Origin: Eledone cirrhosa
Lineage: Eukaryota
Direction: 5' to 3'
Length of the DNA stretch: 64,000 nt
Assembly: GCA_964016885.1 (NCBI GenBank)
Contig: OZ024741.1
Location: 382,478,001 to 382,542,000, forward strand
A model generated the notes under the pieces. The model had not been told where the DNA came from. It saw only the letters and a program-made list of their open reading frames with translations, and did not search any database. Below, piece after piece: positions 13,547-25,457 of this stretch. Positions within the stretch are counted from its first letter, which is position 1. Each line of letters opens with the position of its first letter. The translations under genes were made by a program, and so were the position numbers.

Positions 13547-15010
13547 AATTAGTATATCTAGTAACATATATATACACAGATGCATACTTATGCTAGCAAA
13601 TATATAGGTTTTGTCTTAGTAAATGTGTGGTTCAATGCATGGGGATGCAGAAGAATAATATGAGAGACGTAAAATAAGAAAATTATAAAATTAACTTACT
13701 TACTAAAATTTCACTCCAACTAATTAATTTCTGAAAGGGAATAAACATAGTTTCCGAAGAAACGTACGGAGAAGCCTTTCGTCATCACGGAAGTCTATTC
13801 TCAGCTAAGTTTCCAGGCAATACGTGGACACAGGGAACTTATACAAAAATAATTCAGTGGATGGAAAAAAGCAAAGCGTGGACTAAATTTAAAGCCATTG
13901 AAAAAATCACTGCCTACTGCGTCGGTGGCAAATTCAAAAGAATCAATCACGTGACATCGAGGGCAATCAGTGAAGAGTGGTTTGTTAAGAAGACAGCATC
14001 CGGACCGTTACTATAGTAGCAGTTTTGGCCAATTTTTGCTCGACAAAATAATTTGGAGATAATTATAAAGAATTAGTATATCTAGTAACATATATATACA
14101 CAGATGCATAGTTATGCTAGCAAATATATAGGTCTTGTCTTAGTAACTTTGTGGTTCAATGCATGGGGATGCAGAACAATATTATGATTGACGTCGATGT
14201 CACGTGATTGATTCTTTTGAATTTTCCACCGACGCAGTAGGCAGTGATTTTTTCAATGGCTTGGAATTTAGTCCACGCTTTGCTTTTTTCCATCCACTGA
14301 ATTATCTTTGTATAAGTTCCCTGTGTCCACGTATTGCCTGGAAACTTAGCTGAGAATAGACTTCCCTGATGACGAAAGGCTTCTCCGCACGTTTCTTCGG
14401 AAAATCTGTTTATTCCCTTTCAGAAACTAATTAGTTGTAGTGAAAATTTAGTAAGTAAGTTAATTTTATAATTTTCTCATTTTACATCTCTCATATTATT
14501 GTTCTGCATCCCCATGCATTGAACCACAAAGTTACTAAGACAAAACCTATATATTTGCTAGCATAAGTATGCATCTGTGTATATATATGTTACTAGATAA
14601 ACTAATTCTTTATAATTATCTCCAAATTATTTTGTCGAGCAAAAATTGGCCAAAACTGCTAATATAGTAACGATCCGGCTGCTGTCTTCTTAACAAATCA
14701 CTCTTCACTGATTGACCTCGATGTCACGTGATTGATTCTTTTGAATTTGCCACCGACGCAGTAGGCAGTGATTTTTTCAATGGCTTGGAATTTAGTCCAC
14801 GCTTTGCTATTTTCCATCCACAGAATTATTTTTGTATAAGTTCCCTGTGTCCACTTATTGCCTGGAGACTTAGCTGAGAATAGACTTCCCTGATGACGAA
14901 AGGCTTCTCCGTACGTTTCTCCGGAAACTATGTTTATTCCCTTTCAGAAACTAATTAGTTGGAGTGAAATTTTAGTAATTAAGTTAATTTTATAATTTTC
15001 TTATTTTATG

Positions 15011-15020
<10 letters not shown>
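13541..15020. mobile_element. Non-coding 524-bp tandem unit with one hammerhead per monomer, arranged as two inverted arms (retrozyme-like)
   Basis: The unit restarts at 13541 and 14065 and inverts at about 14185. Hammerheads at 14362 and 14886 are 524 bp apart. Both ends abut (TA)n. Confidence 0.85.
14886..14964 (+). ncRNA. Type I hammerhead ribozyme (copies at 14362-14440 + and 13714-13792 -)
   Basis: ttcc CTGATGA c-gaaagg...cctttc-a GAAAC taatta GTT ggag; palindromic stem III actaattagt. Confidence 0.75.
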
Positions 15021-15080
<60 letters not shown>

Positions 15081-15802
15081 GTTTTTCACTTGATGAAAGT
15101 TGGTTGATCACATAATATGTCTATTTTTTAGTAAATACCCTTAAAGCACTGAACGATTTATATTCCGTGGGATTTTCTCTGTAAGGTATCACCCAGAGTT
15201 TCAGTATCTTAAATAATAGACACGGTTTTATTCGTACATCTTCATTTTATTATCTAGATATTAAAATGGACATGTTTCCTAGGTATTTAGTTTCCTTTAA
15301 ATAGGGATATAATCGTTTTACTTGGATAAAGGTACTGTACAAGCATGCTAAACTATAGAATCATTGAAATAACAATATTATATATATAAAAGGATTCGAT
15401 TAGAATTTGGAGTACTTCGGGTCAGCAAATATAGTTTTGTGGGAGACCATCCGCCGAATTTGATATATGTGTGTATATATATGTGTGTATATATATATAT
15501 GTGTGTGTACTTATGCTTATTTACATTTATGTATTAGTTGTGCTAGTATTAGAAATAATATTCTAATTTTATTTTTAATTTTCAGCAACGCAAGCCGTAA
15601 CTCGCTCGAAATGCAAATGAGTCTACTCAGCCGATATATACTATATATTTTCAACCGTTCAACAGATTGGCAGAGAAGTAAACAGCCCCGATGACGAGTA
15701 ATGGCCCAGAAACTTGTTGATTGTTCCTCGATGCTAGTTTTGACAAACGGATAACAATTGCTCATCGGCACGGCACAGCCATATCGGGCCATTTATTTGC
15801 AA

Positions 15803-15995
15803 ACGATGAATTGGCAGTATCGGTAGAGGGTCGGACGCCATGCTTTTGACGCATAGATTTACGGCCCTTGGAATTCTTAGTTCAACTCCCGCCGAGGTTA
15901 ACTTTGCCTTTCTTCCTTACGGTGTCGATAAATAAAATACCAGTAAAGCACTGAGTAATTGCTGGCCTTGTGCCAAATGTAGAAACAATTATTAA
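15803..15995 (+). mobile_element. tRNA-derived SINE
   Basis: A-box-like TGGCAGTATCGG, B-box-like GTTCAACTCC, conserved body AACTTTGCCTTTC.TCCTTACGG.GTCGATAAA, AT-rich tail. Confidence 0.85.
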
Positions 15996-16239
15996 TGTTC
16001 GTTATAGCCGTTCGTACATATGTATATATGTATATATATATATATATATGGGGAGGGGGCGTGTATATGTGTGAGTGTGTGTGTGCATGTGTGTGTGTGT
16101 ACGTTTTTGTGTGTGGATGTGTGTGTACGTATGCATACTGTCATTTATGTAGAAGCTGCGCTAGAGTGAGAAATAAAATTGTAATTTTATTTTATATATG
16201 CCTGCCATTGCGCAGTGACCATTTCAATTTCCGTAAACG

Positions 16240-18660
16240 ATACCAACGATGTAACATCCCCAGGGCGGAACTCACCACTCCCTCCGTGTTCGTGATAACA
16301 TTGTCATTAAACCGGCCGACAAGTGTGGCGCTGCGGTCGTGTGGCGCACGGACCTCTACACAACGGAAGTTTATTGGCAACTCTAGAACCCTCTCTTCTA
16401 TCAGCTCCTTACCACCTAATCCACCCCTCAATACCAGCAACAGGTCAAGTCTACTATACGCCAGCTAGTCGCTTCCTCTCTTCTACCCGCTCGCCTACCA
16501 AGCTTATCGTCTGCTATCCACAGACCTCTACCATCTACTTCCTCCCCAAATTTCATTAGTCCGACAACCCCGGCCGCCCCATCATCTCAGTGTGTAGTTG
16601 CTCCACTGAACTTGTTTCAGCCTTTCCTGATTCCATACCCACCCCCTGGTAGCTACCCTACCGCCCCACATTTCTGACACCACTCACGACCTCCACCCTT
16701 TCGACTCCTTCATTTCCCTCCTGCAAAACATATTTTCACCCTCTATATCAAATCCCATTATACAGTCAAACTCAATTCCGAAGGTCTCCTGGCCCTACAA
16801 CACTTCCATAAGCTCACGCCACCCCTCTACCTTCCAAATCTAGTACGCTTATACGCTTAGCCGATTTGGTCCTCTCCTTCAAATATTTCTCCTTCTCGGA
16901 TGAGATTTAACAACAGGCCATAGGGGTGGCCATGGGTACAAGACTGGACCCCAGCTACACCAACTTATTTGTCAGCAAGTTTGAGGCTCAAAACTATTCA
17001 CGATACTCTGGCCCAATCCCTGAGCTGTATGATCGGTGAATTTACGACTATTTGGACCCCACGTCTCTCACCTGAGCCCAGGTCGACTCCTTTGTGTCCT
17101 TTCTATGTTCTTTCCACCTCGCTCTTGAGTCACCACTTCTATTTCCTCTTCTGGAAACTACCTGGACATCTCTGTAACCATTGACCTCTACAATCGCTCT
17201 CTCATCACACCTACCTCAACTTCACACCCCACCCACACAAATCGCTCCATCCCCTATTTCTAATCCCTCGTCTACGCCACCTCTGTTGTCGAACCCATGA
17301 TTTTGAAGTTCAGTCACATTACAGAGCCAGACTTTTCACTAGACGTGAATACCCCCTACTCCGAAACCAAGCCAACCTCACCTGTGCGTGTGGCGTCGTT
17401 CCCTTTTCCATGTCACTACACCCTACCCACCGGCTGCCTTTCCCCGTTACCTGCCACCTTGCTATTTGCCCCTCTAGTAGACGATCCTGCGTCTTTTCTG
17501 CTGCCTACAGTCTGATCCCTCCACTTTACCCATTTTCCCTTCAACCCTACCTTTATTCAAGCGCGTTCGTATCCTTCGGAACCTCCTCGCCCTTAATCGC
17601 CCCAACTCTTCTCCTGTATCTGACCTCACTTCCCGACTCCGCTGGCATACATGCAGCTTTATCTCCCACACCACCACCATTTTTCGTCCCCATGATAGGT
17701 CTTTCCGGGTGTGGGACTCCTTCAACTGCACCTATACCATCTCTCTGTATGGGCTCCGTTATACCCTGTGCGGAACTATTTACTTTGATCGCACTGGCCG
17801 TCGTCTGGCTGTCAGATTTGCTGAACACCTTCGCGACATCCGAGTCGGCAACCCCACTCCAATCTCCCGACATTTTCCACCCGTCGATCACTCAGTGCCT
17901 TCGAGCTCGCACATTATGCCGGACCCACTGACTCGCGCTGGTTGTGGGAGCCTCAACTTATTTTCTCCTTACACACCTTTCTTCTCCCTCACCTTAATGT
18001 GTCACCCATCTTCCTTTAATCTGCTCTGTGATATACTTTATATCACACACTAAACTACGTACTTTATCACATGAAACATACTCGTTAATGCATACACGTT
18101 TACATAAATATCACAGCTGGATACTTTTCATGTAGACATTATAAACTTCAACATATATACACACGTTATAATTTATCATACATTCACACATACTCTGCTC
18201 ACGGGCGTACGCTACCCGACTGATACTTTATACACAAACACAAATTTACTTCAACGCACGCATTCAAACTTATATTCACTCACACATACATGCCCACTAC
18301 GACTAACACATGGATATACAGCTACACTCAATATCTTTGTTACTTTACTCATTTGACTTTTAAAAGACACACATTTATACTTACACTCACTCTCACACAT
18401 AATACACACGCACTCCTATTTGCATTCCGACTTGCTACCAAGAGAACCTAACGGCTTTTTTTATTTTCCCTCTTCATTTTCTTGGTTTCTTTGTGTCTTT
18501 ACTGGACATTCTTTCTGTTTCTCCATTGTGATCCTGTCTCTATTTGTACTCTCGAGGAAGTGCTTAAGCCCAAAACGTCGAACTTTCTTTCGTCAATCCA
18601 ATATAGAGTGTGAAACGAATAAGACATCCCTTACTCCTGTTTATTGTCTCCTTCAACTGT
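16240..18660 (+). mobile_element. Heavily degenerate Penelope-like element (Neptune/Poseidon-like)
   Basis: IYFLPKFH*SDNPGRPII, GVAMGT..PSY, TGRRLAVRFAEHLRDI; decayed hammerhead remnant at about 18548-18582. Confidence 0.75.
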
Positions 18661-18964
18661 ATATATATATATATATATACAATATTAAATAAATGGAAAC
18701 TATATTTATAAAACCATATTTATTTCATTATATATATTTCGGGGATATCATATTAACAATATGCTATGCCTTCCTCAGACAAAATACAATATAAACAGTT
18801 TTATAGATAAATATATTCGACATACCGTTATAACACCGACTTCCATTTGGAGAGGTTTACACTAGCAGTGAAAAAATTTTACACAGAGAGAAAGAAAAAG
18901 AGAAAAAGAAAGAAAGACAGAAAACGAAGAAAAGGAAGAAAAAGAAATGCATGGAACAAAATAG

Positions 18965-20518
18965 GTGATACAGCAAATTAAGAACTTGGATTGTGTATCT
19001 AACCTGAGCTTGTGGAAGGGAACTGGAGAGGTTGTTGAGTGGTTTAGGCAAATTAAATATAGCAATAATAATAGGTTTATTCAACTTGATATAGCTAACT
19101 ATTATTCTAGTCTACTAAATAAGGCACTAAATTACGCATTCAAACATACTGACCTAACTAGCAAAGAAATGCATATTATATTATCGGCTAGGAAAACTTT
19201 GATAGAATTTAATGACAAATTATGGACCAGAGCAGATAGAGATAACAATTTTGACATAACTATGGGATCTTCCGACTCAGCTCAGGTAACTGACCTTGTG
19301 GGCTTATTTTTAATCAATTGGCTACATAGGCAAATACCTGATACTACCGGAGGTTTATATAGGGATGACATGCTTTTACTTATTAATAATAATAACCCTG
19401 AACTAAATAGAAAATGTAAACAAATTACAAAATGTTTTAATTACTTTAACCTTAAAATAGAAATTGAGAACAACCATAGAATAGTCAATTTCCTAGATAT
19501 AACATTAAATCTCAACACATGTCTCCACTATCCTTTTCACAAGTTGAATGAAAACTTAAACTATGTCAACTCTAACTCTAACCACCCCAGATCTGTCAAA
19601 GACTCTATAGTAAACTCAGTTCAAAAACGTATCTCTAGGATCTCGTCGAATAGAAAGATTTTCGACGAAAAGGCCCAATACTATAATGAAGCATTAGCTA
19701 GGGCAGGATATGCTGATAAGATTGTGTACATAGATAATGATAGACAAACTAAACAAAGTAACAACTTTTTTAATTACGGCAACAACATTAACAACTATAA
19801 TAGAAAGCATTACAATAATTCCAAAGGCCAAAAAAGAAATAGAACTAGGAACATAATTTGGTTTGCCCCCCCTTTCTCACTAAACATTAAAACCCACATC
19901 GCTAAATTATTTTTCAAAGCTCTTGATAATCGCTTCCCTAGAACACATAGGTATCACTCAATTTTCAATAGGCATACAATTAAATTAACCTACTCATCCA
20001 CCAAAAATTTAGCACAAAATATTAATAGGATAAATAATAGGAACTTAAAACCTAGTGATAATAGCATAAATAATATACAAGTTAACAAATGTAACTGTAG
20101 AGATAGATCTAAATGTCCGTTAAATAACAACTGCTTAGTTAAAAATATAGTATACAATTGTAATGTTAATACTGACTCTAATTCTTTTAATTACGTCGGT
20201 TCCACATCGACGGAATTTAAACTTCGCTATAATAACCACAAGAATTCTTTCACAGATCAAAGTAAAAAATCTTCAACGGCACTATCAGGCGTACTCTGGC
20301 AACTTAAGGTAGATAACGTTAGATATTCGACGGTTTGGAATATAGTTTCAAGAGGGATTCCTTTTAATTCATCCTCTGAGACATGTGACCTCTGCGCAGA
20401 GGAGATATTCTTTATACTAAAATCTAAAAATTCCCTTAACCTACGGACAAATTTATTCAGTTGTTGCAAACATAGATTAAACTCAACGTTTAAATATAAA
20501 TTTAAACTTAAAATGTAG
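18965..20518 (+). CDS. PLE RT + GIY-YIG endonuclease, N-terminally truncated (517 aa open)
   Basis: QLDIANYY, FDITMGS, GLYRDD, CNCRDRSKCPL (CxCx5C), NIVY..YVGST..FKLRYNNH, CDLC..E, CCKH. Confidence 0.85.
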   Translation: MIQQIKNLDCVSNLSLWKGTGEVVEWFRQIKYSNNNRFIQLDIANYYSSLLNKALNYAFKHTDLTSKEMHIILSARKTLIEFNDKLWTRADRDNNFDITMGSSDSAQVTDLVGLFLINWLHRQIPDTTGGLYRDDMLLLINNNNPELNRKCKQITKCFNYFNLKIEIENNHRIVNFLDITLNLNTCLHYPFHKLNENLNYVNSNSNHPRSVKDSIVNSVQKRISRISSNRKIFDEKAQYYNEALARAGYADKIVYIDNDRQTKQSNNFFNYGNNINNYNRKHYNNSKGQKRNRTRNIIWFAPPFSLNIKTHIAKLFFKALDNRFPRTHRYHSIFNRHTIKLTYSSTKNLAQNINRINNRNLKPSDNSINNIQVNKCNCRDRSKCPLNNNCLVKNIVYNCNVNTDSNSFNYVGSTSTEFKLRYNNHKNSFTDQSKKSSTALSGVLWQLKVDNVRYSTVWNIVSRGIPFNSSSETCDLCAEEIFFILKSKNSLNLRTNLFSCCKHRLNSTFKYKFKLKM

Positions 20519-21957
20519 TATATTTAGTTTGATTTATATTTATATGGGAAACTAGCCGATAAATTTTTGATTCCTAAATTTTTGATTCCTTCTTTATTCT
20601 TTTTTATTGTTTATTTTTATTTTATTTTTATTTAAACATTCCTCATGAAAAATTAAGCTACCCTAAAAGCTGATGCTCCAAATTTTTTGAATAAACCTTA
20701 CACTAGATAAACTTCTATATTAAATATAAGAACATATGTAGACCAATTTGGACACCATAGACTTTTTGAAATGATCTTTGCTAGATGTGATTTGATAGAT
20801 AATTTTTGGCTTTGTCTTGTAATGAACTTGGCAATATATTGTCAATTAACTTTGAAGGGTTGATCTTTGTGGTTTATTTTTATTTTTATTTTTATTTTTA
20901 TTTTTATTTTTTATTATTGTAGTATTTTATAATATTTTTTATTTTTTATTTTTATTTTTAATATCTTTAATATGTAAATTCTTAATACGTAATATTTTTT
21001 AATACGTAATATTTTTAATATGTAATATTTTTATTATGTAATATTCTTTCATAATATTTTTTTAGTTTTCTATTTTATTATATTTTATTATTACTTATTT
21101 TTAATTATTATTATTATTGCTATCTTTTTTATTTTTTTAGTTTTGTTTCTGATATATATTTTTATTAGTATATTGAAATCTGCTCTCTATTTCTGCTTGA
21201 TAGATAATCTTGTTGAGTAAAGACAGGAATAATAATTAATACACATATATGTATGCTCAAATTTTTATACCACATTGAGAATGTTTTCCGTGGAGTTTGC
21301 AGGGTGAATCATGTGGATTCGCATTGATGTTTGTAGCTGTCACATAAACATATGAATTTTTCAAAACTAAACATAAGATAATTAATTTTCACACACTTTG
21401 GGTACTTGTCTCATTCAGGAATACTGATATTTACATTATAGTCTAAGTTTTATAAATACTAATACATTAAAACATAGGGTTTTTACGCCTCGAATATATC
21501 TGGCTATTTTAAAATTTTTTTCTCTCGCTATCTTTTCCTCTCTCTCTATTTTTTTTCTCTCTATATATATCTCCCTTACATTAATACTTGAGCCAAATAA
21601 ATAAATAAATAAATAAATGTATCATTGATACATTTACTCAAAATGACCTCCCACTACCTAATTTTCTATATATATATGTATCTATCTCTATTTCCTCTCT
21701 CTCTATATATATATCTCTTTATGTTTCTTTACATGAAGTTCTTCGCTTTATCTATCTTTCCCTCTCTCTATTTTGTTCCATGCATTTCTTCTTTTTCTTT
21801 TTTTTCTTCCTTTTCTTCGTTTTCTGTCTTTCTTTCTTTTTCTCTTTTTCTTTCTCTCTGTGTAAAATTTTTTCACTGCTAGCGTAAACCTCTCCAAATG
21901 GAAGTCGGTGTTATAACGGTATGTCGAATATATTTATCTATAAAACTGTTTATATTG

Positions 21958-22023
21958 TATTTTGTCTGAGGAAGGCATAGCATATTGTTAATATAATATC
22001 CCCGAAATATATATAATGAAATA
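21958..22023 (+). ncRNA. Type I hammerhead ribozyme (inverted copy at 18721-18786)
   Basis: tattttgt CTGAGGA [stem II] GAAA t-atat-ATA atgaaata. Confidence 0.75.
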
Positions 22024-22153
22024 AATATGGTTTTATAAATATAGTTTCCATTTATTTAATATTGTAAATATACTCCAAATATTTGTCGAGTGCTTTTATA
22101 TCAGTTATAAATATTTACTAGTTGTAACCCAACAATTTTAAATATAACTTTCC

Positions 22154-22154
<1 letters not shown>

Positions 22155-22188
<34 letters not shown>

Positions 22189-22197
22189 ATATATATT

Positions 22198-22269
<72 letters not shown>

Positions 22270-22294
22270 CGTACGTGCGTGCGTGCGTGCGTGC

Positions 22295-22381
<87 letters not shown>

Positions 22382-22382
22382 T
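22155..22382. repeat. Compound (TA)n/(TG)n/(TGCG)n microsatellite
   Basis: Direct reading. Many similar tracts occur elsewhere in the window. Confidence 0.95.
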
Positions 22383-22714
22383 TACGAAAAGATCGTTTTG
22401 GTAAAAAGAGGAACAAGCAGGAGGAAGTTCTGGGAGATGCGTTGGTCCTGATTTCGCTAATTGAACCATGAATAGCACTTTTCTCCAGACAACACGACGG
22501 CTGGGAGACCCTTTTAGGAACTCAAATGTCTGCCAGGCGCACGAACAGAATGACGTGTTTTTCTACTGGCGGAATATCATGAAATCGAATTTCATCTGAA
22601 GATACCGTTCTGAAAACAACAACAAATGCAGGAATTACCTCTTAATTGCATGGGAGAACCGTTGAAATAATTATTATGAATAATTATAATTATTATGAAT
22701 ATGTGACATCAACA

Positions 22715-22877
22715 TCTTTCGGACGCCATGATTTTCAGCACAGAGTTACGGCCCTGTACGGTCTCAGTTCAAATCCCGCCGTGGTTAAATTTGTCTTTCA
22801 TCCTTACGGGGTCGATAAAATAAAGTAGCAGTAATACACTGGGATAATTGCTGGCCGTTTGCCAAAAGTAGAAACAA

Positions 22878-22885
<8 letters not shown>
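22715..22885 (+). mobile_element. tRNA-derived SINE, 5' truncated
   Basis: GTTCAAATCCCGCCG followed by the conserved CTTTCATCCTTACGGGGTCGATAAAAT body. Confidence 0.85.
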
Positions 22886-22910
<25 letters not shown>

Positions 22911-22965
22911 TCGTTTCTGAATTTGTTTAGCAAGATTCTTTATCTGAAAACGTGTGTTGAAACCG

Positions 22966-23106
22966 ATATTGTTATACTTTGGGAGGGTCATGTTGCCAAT
23001 AAGAAACACACGCACCAGTTGCTTTCACTTCAATTTATTATAATAAATTGAAGTGAAAGCAGTGGTGCGTGTGTTTCTTATTGGCAACATGACCCTCCCA
23101 AAGTAT

Positions 23107-23113
<7 letters not shown>
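22966..23113. repeat. Fold-back palindrome of a short repeat family (related to 46670-46830 and 47748-48066)
   Basis: Arms atattgttatactttgggagggtcat... are reverse complements; flanked by (TA)n. Confidence 0.85.
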
Positions 23114-23158
<45 letters not shown>

Positions 23159-23231
23159 GAGAGGAACAAGTAAACATTAAACAATCTTTTAAATAAATTG
23201 AAATACGATTTAAATAATCACCTGTTCTAGT

Positions 23232-23311
23232 GCTGTGACCGGCGGTTTCGCTTATCAAAAGATTGGAAATTCAGAGAATACCCAATGGAAAGAATCATCT
23301 CTTCAGACAGC
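23232..23311 (-). ncRNA. Type I hammerhead ribozyme in a ~200-bp island between (TA)n tracts
   Basis: gctgt CTGAAGA [~48 nt] GAAAC cgccg GTC acagc. Confidence 0.75.
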
Positions 23312-23349
23312 TATTTCCAACCACAGGACACAAAAGCCTTGTAGTAGTA

Positions 23350-23454
<105 letters not shown>

Positions 23455-23507
23455 ATAGATAGATAGATAGATAGATAGATAGAGATAGATAGATAGATAG
23501 ATAGATG

Positions 23508-23539
<32 letters not shown>

Positions 23540-23544
23540 TGTAA

Positions 23545-23775
23545 ATAAATACACACGGGTGTGTATGATTGTGTATAGAAGATTATATTAATAAAAGGAA
23601 TCCAACATTGTCTGATTAACTCGTTTTATTTACAATCCTTTAAAATTATAATGATATTATAATGAAATAGTATGGTAGAATATTAACTGTTAATTGAACA
23701 AGTACTTTCATGCTTTCTTAATCTTCAGGTTCACATTCCGTGGTGACAGTAATGTTTGCAGCTTTCGACTGTATA
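23545..23775 (-). mobile_element. Solo 3' end of the Neptune-type PLE family, with a hammerhead at 23695-23733
   Basis: Aligns with 9640-9875; tgaac CTGAAGA...GAAA gtac tt gttca. Confidence 0.8.
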
Positions 23776-24169
23776 TCTAATATATATTTGTGAAATGGGT
23801 GGTGGTTGAAATTCAGTTGTACACGGTTAAATTGTAGTAGACGTGGTCGGACGGACATGAAAATGTACAAACCTGTGTAGAAAGTGCCAAGGAAGCACAT
23901 AGACGAGGTTTCCCTAGGGCCCCAAACGGTCTATTTACTATCGCTTTCGGTGAGTTATTCCCCCTGTTCTAATACTTGGATAAGTTATTTTCCGTAGTCG
24001 CTTTCAATATTCATTGTCTTATTTACAATTTTATACACATTTTTAAACTCATCAATTTTTTAATAACATATCAAACACAACGTTCTTTCGCTGTTTTAGA
24101 AATATATTATTGAAAGTTTATTATAAAGATGCCGTTTCAGGAAAAAAAATAGAAATATGCACATGGGGC

Positions 24170-25144
24170 TGGACGGCGTAGAATGAGAAGTGGAGCGACG
24201 TGAAAAGCATTGTTTATTAACAGCGAAATAGCAATGTCGATGATATGCAAGTTTGAAAATGCAGATTATGAAGGTTTGTATGATAGTTTACACTTTGATT
24301 GCCCTGACCAGCAAGAGGGGCCTCTATATATTAGACGTTTATTAGAAGAGGGGACATAACTAACCCCAGTATTGGAACAGCGGGTTCGCAATGTAAGGGT
24401 TTTATTTCTTTTGTTAGAAAACTGACCTTTTTTCAGTTTGGCATTTTCATTTTTATTTTAATTCTAATACATGTTAACCACCACTAACAGTAAGTAGTAT
24501 TTTTCAATGTCAAATGAAAAGTTTAAAGAATACATGCATGTAAACTTAATGAATGGGATCTATAAGCCTTTGTGTTGCCGAGTTAATTCATTCATTTTTT
24601 TAATATTCATTGTAAACTTAAGGAATGGGATCTATAAACCCTTTTGTTGCCGAGTTAATTAATTCATTTTTTTTTTAAATATTCATTGTCTTATTTAAAA
24701 TAATATATCAAAGACAACGTTATTTCGGTGTTAATAAATTGTTGCCTTCTACAGTACGTTTCATTTTCATTTTTCAAATACAGTTGCTCTATATTAAATT
24801 TAAATACTTCTATAACGATCATAGAGTACCGTTGTATGAAATCGATTATGCAGTAGAATTTTACGAAATGCCAAACCGAAAAACGTCACTGTTTTCTAAC
24901 AAAAGAAATAAAACCACTACTTTGCGAACCCCCTGTTCTAATACTGGGGTTAGTTATTTCGCCCTCTTCTAATAAATGTCTAATATATAGAGGCCCCTCT
25001 TGCTGACCAGGACAATCAAAATGTAAACTATCATACAAACCTTCATAATCTGAATTTTAAAACTTGCATATCATCGACATTGCTATTTCGCTGTTAATAA
25101 ACAACGCTTTTCACGTCGCTCCACTTCTCATTGTACGCCCTCCA
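24170..25144. mobile_element. MITE/fold-back element with ~280-bp imperfect terminal inverted repeats
   Basis: 24170-24447 is the reverse complement of about 24866-25144. Internal ~72-bp tandem duplication at about 24538-24690. No ORF. Confidence 0.7.
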
Positions 25145-25318
25145 TAAAAAGTGGCCCCGGGTGCAACCGGACTCAGATGCTAGTATATATATATTTATTA
25201 AAATAACAGATTAAAGTTTAAGCAAAGAATCGCTGCTTTCACTCTTAACGGGATCTTCTGAAATATATTTATCCTTATCGAGCCCTCTTTGGATTTCTGT
25301 TTTCAAATTTATTATTAC

Positions 25319-25398
<80 letters not shown>

Positions 25399-25402
25399 GC
25401 GC

Positions 25403-25457
<55 letters not shown>

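Larger units (their letters stand above)
18677..22155 (+). mobile_element. 5'-truncated Hydra-type PLE with an inverted copy of its 3' end at the 5' side
   Basis: 18677-18963 is the reverse complement of about 21768-22066. (TA)n on both flanks. Confidence 0.9.

Noticed and set aside
22590-22625. CTGAAGA...GAAA word pair
   Set aside because: No stem pairing; chance match.
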